IMG/VR virus record: IMGVR_UViG_3300046804_003469
Location: 151,028-215,027 of that record
Strand: one strand, 5' to 3'
Length of the DNA: 64,000 bases
Shown here one piece after another: positions 1 through 10,078 of the stretch. The first letter of the stretch is position 1. Every line of letters begins with the position of its first letter. Made by a program: the position numbers and the translations under genes. Below the pieces are notes generated by a model that had not been told where the DNA came from, did no database searches, and was given only the letters and a program-made list of their open reading frames with translations.

Positions 1-318
1 AGATCAAAAAATTATCTTATCACAAACAAAACAATTGGTGAAGAAGTAGAACTTGAAGAAGATTGGCAATCTGTAAATCGTAAAGATAAAACTGATGGAT
101 TAAGTCAAAAAGCAGTTAATGCTTATCGTCGTGAAAATCCTGGTTCCAAGTTACAAACTGCTGTAACTGAAAAAAAGCCTAAAGGGAAAAGGAAGAAAAG
201 ACGTAAGAGTTTTTGTAGTCGTATGAAAGGAATGAAATCAAAACTTACATCAGCAAAAACTGCTAGAGATCCAGATTCAAGAATTAACAAAGCACTTCGT
301 CGTTGGAATTGTAACTAA
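1..318 (+). CDS. 3' end of a Lys/Arg-rich phage protein (probable capsid-internal protein), truncated by window start
   Basis: Frame 1 is open from base 1 to TAA at 316-318: ...VELEEDWQSVNRKDKTDGLSQKAVNAYRRENPGSKL...RRKSFCSRMKGMK...DPDSRINKALRRWNCN; not in the ORF track. Confidence 0.75.
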   Translation, partial: RSKNYLITNKTIGEEVELEEDWQSVNRKDKTDGLSQKAVNAYRRENPGSKLQTAVTEKKPKGKRKKRRKSFCSRMKGMKSKLTSAKTARDPDSRINKALRRWNCN

Positions 319-334
319 TATATAAATTTTTATT

Positions 335-1984
335 ATGGCAAATGATAACATTTACTTAGGTAATCCTAATCTAAAAAAAGCAAATACACCGATTGAATTT
401 ACTCAAGAACAGATTCTTGAGTTTGTAAAATGTAAAAATGATCCTGTATATTTTTCAAAAAATTATGTAAAAATTGTGACTCTTGATCACGGTCTGCAAC
501 CATTTGAACCTTATGATTTTCAAGAAAAATTAATTAATAACTTCTATAAGAATAGATTTAATATTTGTAAGATGCCACGGCAAACTGGTAAATCTACCAC
601 CGTAGTATCTTTTCTTTTACATTATGCAGTATTCAATGACAGTGTAAATATTGGTATTCTTGCAAACAAAGCATCAACTGCAAGAGAACTTTTAAGTAGA
701 CTTCAAATTGCTTATGAAAACCTTCCTAAATGGATGCAGCAAGGCATTCTATCGTGGAATAAGGGTTCTCTTGAGTTAGAGAATGGTTCAAAGATTCTTG
801 CCGCTTCTACGTCAGCATCTGCTGTCAGAGGAATGTCATTTAATATTATCTTTTTGGATGAATTTGCGTTCGTTCCAAATCATATTGCTGATGACTTTTT
901 TAGTTCAGTATATCCAACTATTTCTTCAGGTAAATCCACAAAGGTAATTATTGTATCTACGCCCAAAGGTATGAATCATTTCTACCGAATGTGGCATGAT
1001 GCTGAACGAGGAAAAAATGAATATATTCCTACAGATGTTCATTGGTCTGAAGTTCCTGGAAGAGATTCTGCTTGGAAAGAGCAAACCATTAAAAATACTT
1101 CAGAACAACAATTTAAAGTTGAGTTTGAATGTGAATTCTTAGGATCTGTAGATACTTTAATTGCTCCTAGCAAATTAAGAAGTTTGATTTATGAGGCACC
1201 ACAAACAAGGAATGCTGGATTAGATGTCTATGAAGACTCTAAAGATAATCATGACTATGTTATTTCTGTAGACGTTGCTAGAGGAGTTGGGAACGACTAC
1301 TCAGCATTTGTTGTGGTGGATATTACAGAGTTCCCCCATAGAATGGTTGCAAAGTATCGAGATAACAATATAAAACCGATGCTATTTCCAAGTATAATTC
1401 AAGAGGTAGCAAAAAATTACAACAATGCTTATATCTTATGTGAGGTTAATGATATTGGAGATCAAGTAGCAAGTATTCTTCACTATGATTTAGAATATAC
1501 AAATATTCTTATGTGTTCTATGAGAGGTAGAGCAGGTCAAATTGTTGGACAAGGATTTTCTGGAAAGAAAACACAACTTGGTGTCAAAATGTCCAAAACT
1601 GTTAAAAAAGTTGGATGTTTAAATCTTAAAACACTTATAGAAGAAAGTAAACTGTTACTTTGTGATTATGATACAATTAGTGAATTAACAACATTTATCC
1701 AAAAGCATAATTCTTTTGAAGCAGAAGAAGGTTGTAATGACGATCTTGCTATGTGCTTAGTAATTTATGCTTGGTTAGTCGCTCAAGATTACTTTAAAGA
1801 ACTTACCGATCAAGATGTAAGAAAGCGTTTATATGAAGAACAAAAAAATCAAATAGAGCAGGATATGGCTCCATTTGGATTTATATCTGACGGATTAGAT
1901 GATGTTAGTTTTGTGGATGATGATGGTGATAGATGGTTCACAGATGAATATGGTGACCGTTCATATATGTGGCAATATATGTGA
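335..1984 (+). CDS. gp17: Terminase large subunit
   Basis: Walker A region PRQTGKST, Walker B IIFLDEFAF, C-terminal nuclease DVARGVG...DDLAM; T4-type gene order. Confidence 0.98.
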   Translation: MANDNIYLGNPNLKKANTPIEFTQEQILEFVKCKNDPVYFSKNYVKIVTLDHGLQPFEPYDFQEKLINNFYKNRFNICKMPRQTGKSTTVVSFLLHYAVFNDSVNIGILANKASTARELLSRLQIAYENLPKWMQQGILSWNKGSLELENGSKILAASTSASAVRGMSFNIIFLDEFAFVPNHIADDFFSSVYPTISSGKSTKVIIVSTPKGMNHFYRMWHDAERGKNEYIPTDVHWSEVPGRDSAWKEQTIKNTSEQQFKVEFECEFLGSVDTLIAPSKLRSLIYEAPQTRNAGLDVYEDSKDNHDYVISVDVARGVGNDYSAFVVVDITEFPHRMVAKYRDNNIKPMLFPSIIQEVAKNYNNAYILCEVNDIGDQVASILHYDLEYTNILMCSMRGRAGQIVGQGFSGKKTQLGVKMSKTVKKVGCLNLKTLIEESKLLLCDYDTISELTTFIQKHNSFEAEEGCNDDLAMCLVIYAWLVAQDYFKELTDQDVRKRLYEEQKNQIEQDMAPFGFISDGLDDVSFVDDDGDRWFTDEYGDRSYMWQYM

Positions 1985-2208
1985 TGGATTTAGATAATCA
2001 AATAACATTAGGTCATTTATTTTTCACAAATAGGAATTGTAGGACTTGTGGGAAACAAAAAAATTTACTAGAAGATTTTTATAGAATTAGAAAAGGATCT
2101 TTAGTATCTTCATATTCTTACGAATGTAAAGAATGCACCAAGGAAAGAATTATAAAAAATAGAAAAAATAAATTTTATCATTACAAAACAGAATATCCCG
2201 ATTGGTAG
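1984..2208 (+). CDS. Small Zn-finger protein (CxxC...CxxC)
   Basis: CRTCG...ECKEC; ATG at 1984 overlaps gp17 stop (TGATG). Confidence 0.7.
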   Translation: MDLDNQITLGHLFFTNRNCRTCGKQKNLLEDFYRIRKGSLVSSYSYECKECTKERIIKNRKNKFYHYKTEYPDW

Positions 2209-2288
2209 ATATTCATGCATTGTTTCCCCGATCAAAAGTTGCTTTTTAATAAATATTTTTTAGATACATAAATCATCAGGAGAAAAAC

Positions 2289-4490
2289 ATGGCGACTCCT
2301 CAATTATCTCCAGGCGTACTCGTCAGAGAAGTTGATTTAACTGTAGGGAGAGCTGATAATGTATTAGAAAATGTTGGAGCAATTGCAGGTCCTTTCGCAC
2401 TTGGTCCAGTTAATGAGATTGTAAATATTACTACAGAACAAGAACTTATTAATACTTTTGGAAAACCACTTTCAACAGATTCCCAGTATGAGTATTGGAT
2501 GAGTGCATCCTCATACCTTTCTTACGGTGGTGTTCTTAAAGTAATCAGAACAGATAGTGCTAACTTAAATTGTGCAAATGCTGGCGTAAATACTGTTAGT
2601 AATGCATCAACTAAAATTAAAAATTATGATGATTATGTAGCAAACTGGTCTTCAACAAATTCAACATATATTTTTGCTGCTAAAAATCCAGGAACTTGGG
2701 GTAATGGATTAAAAGTTTGCATGATTGATGATCTTGCAGATCAAATTGTAGCAATTAACACTTCCAATCCAGGCAATGTTGGAGCAATTGTTGGATATGG
2801 AATGACTTATGCAATTACCAATACGGTGCTTGCTGGAATTGGAACTACTACTCCATTTACTGGTTATCTTAAAGCAATTGTTACTGGTGTAACAACAGAT
2901 ACACAAACTTCAAATAGTTTAGTTTCTGTTAAAATTGTTTCCAGAGTATCTTCTGGTGGAACAGAATATCCTGTATCTTATGCAGAAGGATTTGTTGGTG
3001 CTGCATTTAGTTCATATAGTTCAAACGTTAATTTTATTAACAATAGTGGTACTCTTGCTGGAACTGTTACACTTGGAATTGCTTCAGATTGGTATGGACA
3101 GCAAACTTTAGGACTGACAAATACAACAATTTATTGGAAATCAATTGCACCAAAGCCAATCTCAAATAGTTTTACATTAAATAGATCTGGAAAAAATGAT
3201 GGTCTTCATGTTGTAGTTGTTGATGATAGAGGATCTATAACTGGAGTTACTGGTAATATTTTAGAAAAGCATCTGTTCTTATCAAAATCAGCAGATTCTG
3301 TTTCAACCAGAAATTCACCACAAAGAAACTATTGGAAGGATTACTTAGCATTAAGTTCTGATTATCTCTATGCTGGTGATAATCCATCAGTTGGAGCAGA
3401 TACTTATTGGAACACACAATATCGTGCTACAGGTTTCTCAACTGCTTTCAATCCATATTCTGAATCTCAAGGTGCATGGAATCAAAATGCACAAGGAGTT
3501 ACTTTCAGTGCATTAGGAAATCTAACATATACATTATCTGGAGGAAAAGATTATTATGGAACTGATAATGTATCGAACGGAATGGTTGCAAAATTAGGTG
3601 ATTTATATACTTCATACGACTTATTTGCAAGCAAAGAAAATTCTAAGGTTGACTTCTTAATCATGGGTCCTGGACTTGATAATAAATCTGAATCTCAAGC
3701 AAAAGCAAATCATCTGATTGCAATTGCCGATGGAAGAAAAGATTGTGTTGCAGTTATTTCTCCACACAGATCAGATCTGGTAAATGTAACTAATGCAGAA
3801 ACACAAACAAATAATGTAATTCAGTTCTTTAGTCCACTTTCCTCATCCTCATATGCAGTATTTGATAGTGGATATAAGTATACTTATGATAGATTTAATA
3901 ACCTGTTTAGATATATCCCATGTAATGCGGATATTGCTGGATTAATGTGCAGAACTGGAATTCAAGCCTATCCTTGGTTCTCACCTGCTGGTCAACAGCG
4001 TGGAATTTTAAATAATGCAATTAAACTTGCATATAATCCAAACCAAGCACAAAGAGATAGACTTTATCCATTGAGAATTAATTCAGTTATAAATCAACCT
4101 GGAATTGGTATTTTACTCTTTGGAGATAAAACTGCTCTTGGATATGATTCGGCATTTGATAGAATTAATGTTAGAAGATTGTTCTTAACTGTTGAGCAAG
4201 CACTTCAAAAGTCTGCACAAGCACAACTGTTCGAATTAAATGATCAAATTACAAGAGCAAACTTCGTAAATATTGTTGAACCTTATTTACGTGATGTTCA
4301 AGCTAAGAGAGGATTATATGATTTCAGAGTGATCTGCGATGAGACTAACAACACTCCTGATATTATTGATAATAATGAGTTTAGAGCAGATATCTATCTC
4401 AAACCAGCTAAGTCTATCAACTATGTAACTATTACATTTGTTGCTACGAGAACTGGAGTCTCGTTCGAAGAAGTTGCTGGTAGAGTTTAA
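2289..4490 (+). CDS. gp18: Tail sheath protein
   Basis: SPGVLVREVDLT N-terminus, PWFSPAG, FDRINVRRLF; AGGAG RBS. Confidence 0.98.
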   Translation: MATPQLSPGVLVREVDLTVGRADNVLENVGAIAGPFALGPVNEIVNITTEQELINTFGKPLSTDSQYEYWMSASSYLSYGGVLKVIRTDSANLNCANAGVNTVSNASTKIKNYDDYVANWSSTNSTYIFAAKNPGTWGNGLKVCMIDDLADQIVAINTSNPGNVGAIVGYGMTYAITNTVLAGIGTTTPFTGYLKAIVTGVTTDTQTSNSLVSVKIVSRVSSGGTEYPVSYAEGFVGAAFSSYSSNVNFINNSGTLAGTVTLGIASDWYGQQTLGLTNTTIYWKSIAPKPISNSFTLNRSGKNDGLHVVVVDDRGSITGVTGNILEKHLFLSKSADSVSTRNSPQRNYWKDYLALSSDYLYAGDNPSVGADTYWNTQYRATGFSTAFNPYSESQGAWNQNAQGVTFSALGNLTYTLSGGKDYYGTDNVSNGMVAKLGDLYTSYDLFASKENSKVDFLIMGPGLDNKSESQAKANHLIAIADGRKDCVAVISPHRSDLVNVTNAETQTNNVIQFFSPLSSSSYAVFDSGYKYTYDRFNNLFRYIPCNADIAGLMCRTGIQAYPWFSPAGQQRGILNNAIKLAYNPNQAQRDRLYPLRINSVINQPGIGILLFGDKTALGYDSAFDRINVRRLFLTVEQALQKSAQAQLFELNDQITRANFVNIVEPYLRDVQAKRGLYDFRVICDETNNTPDIIDNNEFRADIYLKPAKSINYVTITFVATRTGVSFEEVAGRV

Positions 4491-4528
4491 TTTAACTAGA
4501 TTATTAATTACAAAAGGAGGATCCTAAA

Positions 4529-5143
4529 ATGGCAACAATTCCAGTAAGAAACCTTTCTCAATTTAAATCAAAGTTAATTGGTGGTGGTGCTCGTCCTAAT
4601 TTATTTGAAGTGAACGTAACTTTCCCAACAGGAGTTAATTTAGGAATTCAGGCTGATGGTGGTGGAACATTTAACACAGATAATTTTAGATTCCTGTGTA
4701 AGGCTGCCGCATTACCTGCATCAAACGTTGCTCCAATTGATGTCCCATTCAGAGGACGTATTTTAAAAGTTGCTGGAGACAGAACTTTTGATACTTGGAC
4801 TGTAACCGTTATTAATGATGAAAACTTCCAACATAGAAGAGCATTTGAAGCATGGATGCAAAACGTTGCTCAATATGCTGACCATGCTGGTTTAACTAAC
4901 CCAGCTAGTTACATGGGTAATGCTAATGTTTATCAACTTGGAAGAACTAGATCAAATACTCAAACTCAAAGCAGCACTTCTGGTAATGCTGCTATATTAG
5001 CACAATATAAATTCATTGATATTTTCCCAACTAATGTTTCTGCAATTGAACTTTCTTATGAAAGCACTGATACTATTGAAGAGTTTACTGTTGAGTTCCA
5101 AGTTCAATACTTCTATCCTGAAAGAGCAGGTTCTGGTGCTTGA
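4529..5143 (+). CDS. gp19: Tail tube protein
   Basis: GGARPNLFEV, FRGRILKVAGDRTFDTW, IEEFTVEFQ; follows sheath. Confidence 0.97.
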   Translation: MATIPVRNLSQFKSKLIGGGARPNLFEVNVTFPTGVNLGIQADGGGTFNTDNFRFLCKAAALPASNVAPIDVPFRGRILKVAGDRTFDTWTVTVINDENFQHRRAFEAWMQNVAQYADHAGLTNPASYMGNANVYQLGRTRSNTQTQSSTSGNAAILAQYKFIDIFPTNVSAIELSYESTDTIEEFTVEFQVQYFYPERAGSGA

Positions 5144-5175
5144 TAAATAGAGCATAAGTAAGACGAATTTTAATA

Positions 5176-6852
5176 ATGGCAAAACTGTTTGGTTTTTCAA
5201 TTAATGATGATAACAAATTGCCCGCTAGTGCGGTCTCTCCCGTTCCTCCGAATACGGATGACGGGGCTGACTTTTACCTCACTAGCGGGTTTTTTGGATC
5301 TTATGTAGACCTTGAAGGAATTTATAGAACTGAATTTGATTTAATTAAAAGATATCGTGAGATGGCACTTCACCCAGAATGTGATGGTGCTATTGAAGAT
5401 ATTGTAAATGAAGCAATTGTTTCGGATACAAATGATGTTCCTGTTGAAATTGAATTATCAAACTTAAACGCCAGTGATGGTATAAAAAATAAAATAAGAC
5501 AAGAATTTAGATATATTTTAGATCTTTTAGATTTTGATAAAAAATGTCATGAAATTTATAGAAATTGGTATGTTGATGGAAGAATTCACTACCATAAGAT
5601 TATCGATTTAAAAAGACCTCAGGATGGCATACAAGAATTAAGATATATTGATGCCATGAAAATTAGGTATGTTAGACAAACCAAAAAGGAAAAGAAAGAT
5701 CAATATAGATTATCCAATATGAATCAGGATAATCCCATGCAATATGAGTTTCCTGAAATTGAGGAGTATTTTCTTTATACTCCTCAAGCAACATATCCAT
5801 CTTCAAATCCTTCAGCATTAGGAGATCAAAAAGGAATTAAGATTGCAAAAGATGCAATTACTTATTGCACTTCAGGACTTGTTGATAGAAATAAAGGATC
5901 CGTTCTTTCATATCTACATAAAGCAATTAAAGCACTCAATCAACTTCGTATGATTGAGGATAGTCTTGTTATTTACAGACTTTCTCGTGCTCCAGAAAGA
6001 AGAATTTTCTATATTGATGTAGGAAATCTTCCAAAAGTTAAAGCAGAACAATATCTTCGTGATGTTATGATGCGTTATCGTAACAAACTGGTATATGATG
6101 CAAATACTGGTGAAATTCGTGATGATCGCAAATTTATGTCTATGATGGAAGATTTTTGGCTTCCAAGAAGAGAAGGTGGTAGAGGAACTGAAATTACCAC
6201 TCTTCCTGGTGGACAAAATCTTGGAGAAATTACAGATATTAAATATTTCCAAGAAAAACTTTACAGATCTTTAAGTGTTCCACCTTCAAGAATTAGTGGA
6301 GATACTGGATTCAATCTTGGCAGATCTTCTGAAATCTTAAGAGATGAATTAAAGTTCACTAAATTTGTTGGTCGTCTCAGAAAAAGATTTTCAAACATGT
6401 TTAACGACATGTTAAAGACACAATTGATTTTAAAGAATATTATTACCCCAGAAGATTGGGAAGTAATGTCACAACATATACAATATGATTTCCTTTATGA
6501 CAATCATTTCTCGGAATTAAAAGAAGCCGAACTCTTAACTGAAAGATTAAATCTTCTTGTGACTGCAGAGCCTTATGTTGGTAAATATTTCTCCAAAGAT
6601 TATGTAAGAAGAAAAATTCTTCGTCAAACTGATGAAGAAATCATTGAACAAGATAAAATTATTAATAAAGAAATTAAAGATGGTATTATTCCAGATCCAA
6701 ATGCACCAATAGATCCAAATACTGGAATGCCAATGCAAGATACTGCTGGAATGAATCTTGGTCAACCAGTCATGGAACCAGATATTCAAAAACAAGCAGA
6801 TTCTGCAGTTGGAGTAAAGTCAGATTCTACTGCGCAAAAAGCAAATAAATAA
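5176..6852 (+). CDS. gp20: Portal vertex protein
   Basis: YRLSRAPERRIFYIDVGNLPK, EDFWLPRREGGRGTEITTLPGG. Confidence 0.98.
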   Translation: MAKLFGFSINDDNKLPASAVSPVPPNTDDGADFYLTSGFFGSYVDLEGIYRTEFDLIKRYREMALHPECDGAIEDIVNEAIVSDTNDVPVEIELSNLNASDGIKNKIRQEFRYILDLLDFDKKCHEIYRNWYVDGRIHYHKIIDLKRPQDGIQELRYIDAMKIRYVRQTKKEKKDQYRLSNMNQDNPMQYEFPEIEEYFLYTPQATYPSSNPSALGDQKGIKIAKDAITYCTSGLVDRNKGSVLSYLHKAIKALNQLRMIEDSLVIYRLSRAPERRIFYIDVGNLPKVKAEQYLRDVMMRYRNKLVYDANTGEIRDDRKFMSMMEDFWLPRREGGRGTEITTLPGGQNLGEITDIKYFQEKLYRSLSVPPSRISGDTGFNLGRSSEILRDELKFTKFVGRLRKRFSNMFNDMLKTQLILKNIITPEDWEVMSQHIQYDFLYDNHFSELKEAELLTERLNLLVTAEPYVGKYFSKDYVRRKILRQTDEEIIEQDKIINKEIKDGIIPDPNAPIDPNTGMPMQDTAGMNLGQPVMEPDIQKQADSAVGVKSDSTAQKANK

Positions 6853-6877
6853 AAACGATTACTTATTTTTAAAAATT

Positions 6878-7039
6878 ATGGAAGAATTAATGGATATGAT
6901 TGCTGCAGATGAAAGTCCTTCACAAATCAGCGATAAAATCAAAGATTTACTTTTTACAAAAGCGGCAGAAAAGATAGATGATTTTAAACCATCTGTGTCT
7001 TCTTCTTTATTTGGTCAATTCGATACCGACGAGGAATAA
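6878..7039 (+). CDS. Small acidic protein, positional analogue of T4 prohead core gp67
   Basis: Unannotated 53-aa ORF MEELMDMIAADESPSQISDKIKDLLFTKAAEKID...DTDEE directly after the portal gene. Confidence 0.7.
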   Translation: MEELMDMIAADESPSQISDKIKDLLFTKAAEKIDDFKPSVSSSLFGQFDTDEE

Positions 7040-7360
7040 ATGAAATCTTTCAAGCAATTTATCTCAGAATCAGTTAATATTGCTGGCGATTTCACAGGAA
7101 ATCTTTATATCAACTCGCAACCAGATCAACCACAGCAAGTTGGTGAGGAATATGTTGCTGATGTAATGTGGAATGGAAGTTTATATAGGTTGGAATTAAC
7201 AACTAGAAACGGAATTCCAACAAAACAAGAACTTGGTGAGCAATTACAATCAACTTATCCTGGTGTAGTTGTTCATCAAATTTATCCAATGATGGAAAAG
7301 AATTTAAATATCAAAGATGTAAAAAGATACCACCCATCAAAATTAGAATGGATTGATTGA
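7040..7360 (+). CDS. Hypothetical protein with capsid-targeting-like N-terminus
   Basis: Starts MKSFKQFISE, resembling the T4 internal-protein signal MKTYQEFIAE; lies in the head cluster. Confidence 0.7.
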   Translation: MKSFKQFISESVNIAGDFTGNLYINSQPDQPQQVGEEYVADVMWNGSLYRLELTTRNGIPTKQELGEQLQSTYPGVVVHQIYPMMEKNLNIKDVKRYHPSKLEWID

Positions 7361-7363
7361 TAA

Positions 7364-8794
7364 ATGGCTCAGTGGAATGTAACTACACAAGATTATTTAA
7401 ATCAAGAAAGAAGTTTATTTGAAGTCGTTGGTGTCGCTTCCAGTGATGGACAAATTATTAGTGCTCAAAATCCATTCCCAGTAACTGGAACAGTTGGAAT
7501 ATCATCAGAAACACTTGTAACAATCAATGCAGATACAAATTCCGTAGATGCTTTTGGAAGACAAAGAGTATCTGAACCCTTTACTCTTGGTGATTATAAA
7601 CATCTTTATGCAATTGATCCAAACTTTTTAGATAGTTATTCTGGTGCTGGATCTACAGTATCATTTTTATCAAACCAAGCGTGTGCAAGATTATCTACTG
7701 GTATTGGATCTACTGCATATTCAGTTCATCAAACTAAATTTTATCATCATTATCAACCAGGAAAATCACAATTAATTTTCAGTTCTTTTAATTTTTATGC
7801 ACCCCAACAAAATGCAACAAAAAGAACTGGATACTTTGATGATAGAGATGGAATATTTTTTGAACAAGTTGGACTTAGCACTTCAGATGGTATAAATGCT
7901 GGTATAGGAACTTATAACTGGGTTATAAGAAGTTATGTTACTGGAATTGCATCAGAAACAAGAATTCCAAGATCTCAATGGAATAGAGATAAATTTAATG
8001 GAACTGGGGCATCTGGTATAACTCTTGATTTTACAAAAACTCAACTTGCATTTATTGATTTTCAATGGTTAGGGGTAGGTAGAGTTCGTTGTGGTTTTGC
8101 TCACGATGGAAAATTAGTGACTGCACACGAATTTTATCACTCAAATAATTTACCTACAGTATATCTTGCAAATCCCAATCTTCCAGTTCGTTGCGAACTT
8201 AGAAACACTGGTGTTGGTATTGGAGCATCATTTGATCAAATTTGTGCCACCGTAATGTCTGAAGGTGGATATGTAGAAAGTGGAATTGATTTTTCTCATA
8301 CTATGCTTACCACAAGAACAACTCCAACCCCAGCAGGAACAGAGTTTCCTTTGATTGCTATTCGCCTTAAAAATAGTTTTCAAGGTTATCCAAATAGAAT
8401 GTCAGTCAGATTGAATAACTTATCAATTTATTGCGAAACGAATAGTATTTCATATAGAGTTGTTAAACTTCCAAGTTCCTCATTTTTAAGTAATGCAGGA
8501 ACTTTAACTTGGACTTCTGCAGCAAATGATAGTGGTGTGGAATACTGTATTGATGCAACAACTTATTCTGATGGAGATGAGTTTGCATCAGGATTTGTTC
8601 CTTCTGGAGCATCTCAAAACTCACTTTCTCCAGTTGCATCAGGGCAACTAAGTTCAGCAAAGAAAAATATTATTGTTCAGAATATTGACTCAACAAGTTC
8701 AGAAGTTTATGCAATTATTGTGAGAACAATTACAACGACTGGAAATGCAACCGCAAACGTTGCTTGTTCATTACAATGGAGAGAGATATATTAA
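7364..8794 (+). CDS. Uncharacterised beta-rich probable virion protein
   Basis: 476 aa, Ser/Thr/Gly-rich, motifs DAFGRQRVSEP, YQPGKSQ, FQWLGVGRVRCGF; between portal and protease. Confidence 0.7.
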   Translation: MAQWNVTTQDYLNQERSLFEVVGVASSDGQIISAQNPFPVTGTVGISSETLVTINADTNSVDAFGRQRVSEPFTLGDYKHLYAIDPNFLDSYSGAGSTVSFLSNQACARLSTGIGSTAYSVHQTKFYHHYQPGKSQLIFSSFNFYAPQQNATKRTGYFDDRDGIFFEQVGLSTSDGINAGIGTYNWVIRSYVTGIASETRIPRSQWNRDKFNGTGASGITLDFTKTQLAFIDFQWLGVGRVRCGFAHDGKLVTAHEFYHSNNLPTVYLANPNLPVRCELRNTGVGIGASFDQICATVMSEGGYVESGIDFSHTMLTTRTTPTPAGTEFPLIAIRLKNSFQGYPNRMSVRLNNLSIYCETNSISYRVVKLPSSSFLSNAGTLTWTSAANDSGVEYCIDATTYSDGDEFASGFVPSGASQNSLSPVASGQLSSAKKNIIVQNIDSTSSEVYAIIVRTITTTGNATANVACSLQWREIY

Positions 8795-8829
8795 TTTAAT
8801 AAATAACTAATAAGTGTATTATAAGAATA

Positions 8830-9381
8830 ATGACTCATAGACCAGTTGGAGCTGGTGTTTCAATCGCCACTTCCATAACTTCAGCACAATCAAGTGCATT
8901 TACATGCCAATCAAATGCAATTCGTTTAGTTGCATCTGGTGCTGGTGCATTTGTTGCGATTGGCACAAATCCAACTGCAACTACTTCAGATTATTATATT
9001 CCAGCAAATACTGCAGCAGTTCTCACTCTTGATATTGGTTCACAAAGAGTAGTTGGTGTTACTACTGGAACAACCACAATTATAGATTTTCCAGAAGGAA
9101 CTGGTTCACCATTTGATGTTGGAGAAACAGTAACTTTGACTGCATCAAGTCAAACATATTATAACTTCACTCATGCAACTGTTGCTTCAGTAAATAATTC
9201 TTCTGGGGTTGGTGGTTATTATTCCACAAGAATTGTAGTAAATGCCAATACTAGTGGGATTGTAACAGCATTTACTGATGCAGATACGACTTTAAGAAAA
9301 TCATTAAAAGTTGCAGCTAGAACCGATACTGGAACTGGTACACTTTATGCACAACAAATTCAAGTTACAGGACAGGCATAA
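8830..9381 (+). CDS. Thr/Ser/Gly-rich probable virion protein
   Basis: 183 aa ORF preceded by late-promoter-like AATAAATA. Confidence 0.7.
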   Translation: MTHRPVGAGVSIATSITSAQSSAFTCQSNAIRLVASGAGAFVAIGTNPTATTSDYYIPANTAAVLTLDIGSQRVVGVTTGTTTIIDFPEGTGSPFDVGETVTLTASSQTYYNFTHATVASVNNSSGVGGYYSTRIVVNANTSGIVTAFTDADTTLRKSLKVAARTDTGTGTLYAQQIQVTGQA

Positions 9382-9382
9382 A

Positions 9383-10030
9383 ATGAAACTTATCAGAGAA
9401 GAAATAGAAAAAGTAAAAGTTATTACCGAAGAAAAAAACGGTAAGAAAAATCTTTATATTCAAGGTGTGTTCCTCCAAAGTGAGTGTGTAAACCGCAATG
9501 GAAGGATGTATCCTTTTTCAATTATGGAAAGGGAAGTAAAAAGATATAATGAAAACTATGTTCAAAAAGGTAGAGCATTAGGTGAACTTGGACATCCTGA
9601 TGGTCCAACCGTCAATCTCGATAGAGTATCTCATAAAATTGTAGAACTCTATCAAAAAGGAAATAACTTTATTGGTAAAGCACAAATTTTATCCACTCCA
9701 ATGGGTAAAATTGCAGAAGCACTTTTAGGTGATGGTGTTACTTTGGGTGTTTCTTCTCGTGGTATTGGTTCTTTAAAAGAGAATCATAAAGGGTATAAAG
9801 AAGTTGGTGAAGATTTTATGCTTGCAACTGCAGCAGATATTGTTGCAGATCCTTCTGCTCCTGATGCTTTTGTTCAGGGAATCATGGAAGGAGTTGAGTG
9901 GGTTTGGAATAATGGAATTCTTGAGCAAAGAGTTCAAGGATTTAAAACAAAGATAGATAGATTAGCAAGATCAAGACAACTTGAAGAGAATAAATTAAAC
10001 CTCTTCAATGAATTTCTTGCAAATTTATAA
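9383..10030 (+). CDS. gp21: Prohead protease
   Basis: ALGELGHP, GVSSRGIGSL, DIVADPSAPDAFV; start trimmed to MKLIREE. Confidence 0.97.
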   Translation: MKLIREEIEKVKVITEEKNGKKNLYIQGVFLQSECVNRNGRMYPFSIMEREVKRYNENYVQKGRALGELGHPDGPTVNLDRVSHKIVELYQKGNNFIGKAQILSTPMGKIAEALLGDGVTLGVSSRGIGSLKENHKGYKEVGEDFMLATAADIVADPSAPDAFVQGIMEGVEWVWNNGILEQRVQGFKTKIDRLARSRQLEENKLNLFNEFLANL

Positions 10031-10033
10031 TTT

Positions 10034-10041
10034 ATAAATAA
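10034..10041 (+). promoter_or_regulatory. T4-type late promoter for gp22-gp23
   Basis: TATAAATA consensus; phage encodes gp55. Confidence 0.75.
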
Positions 10042-10078
10042 ATATAGATTAAATTACTAGGTTAATCGGAGAGTTCAA

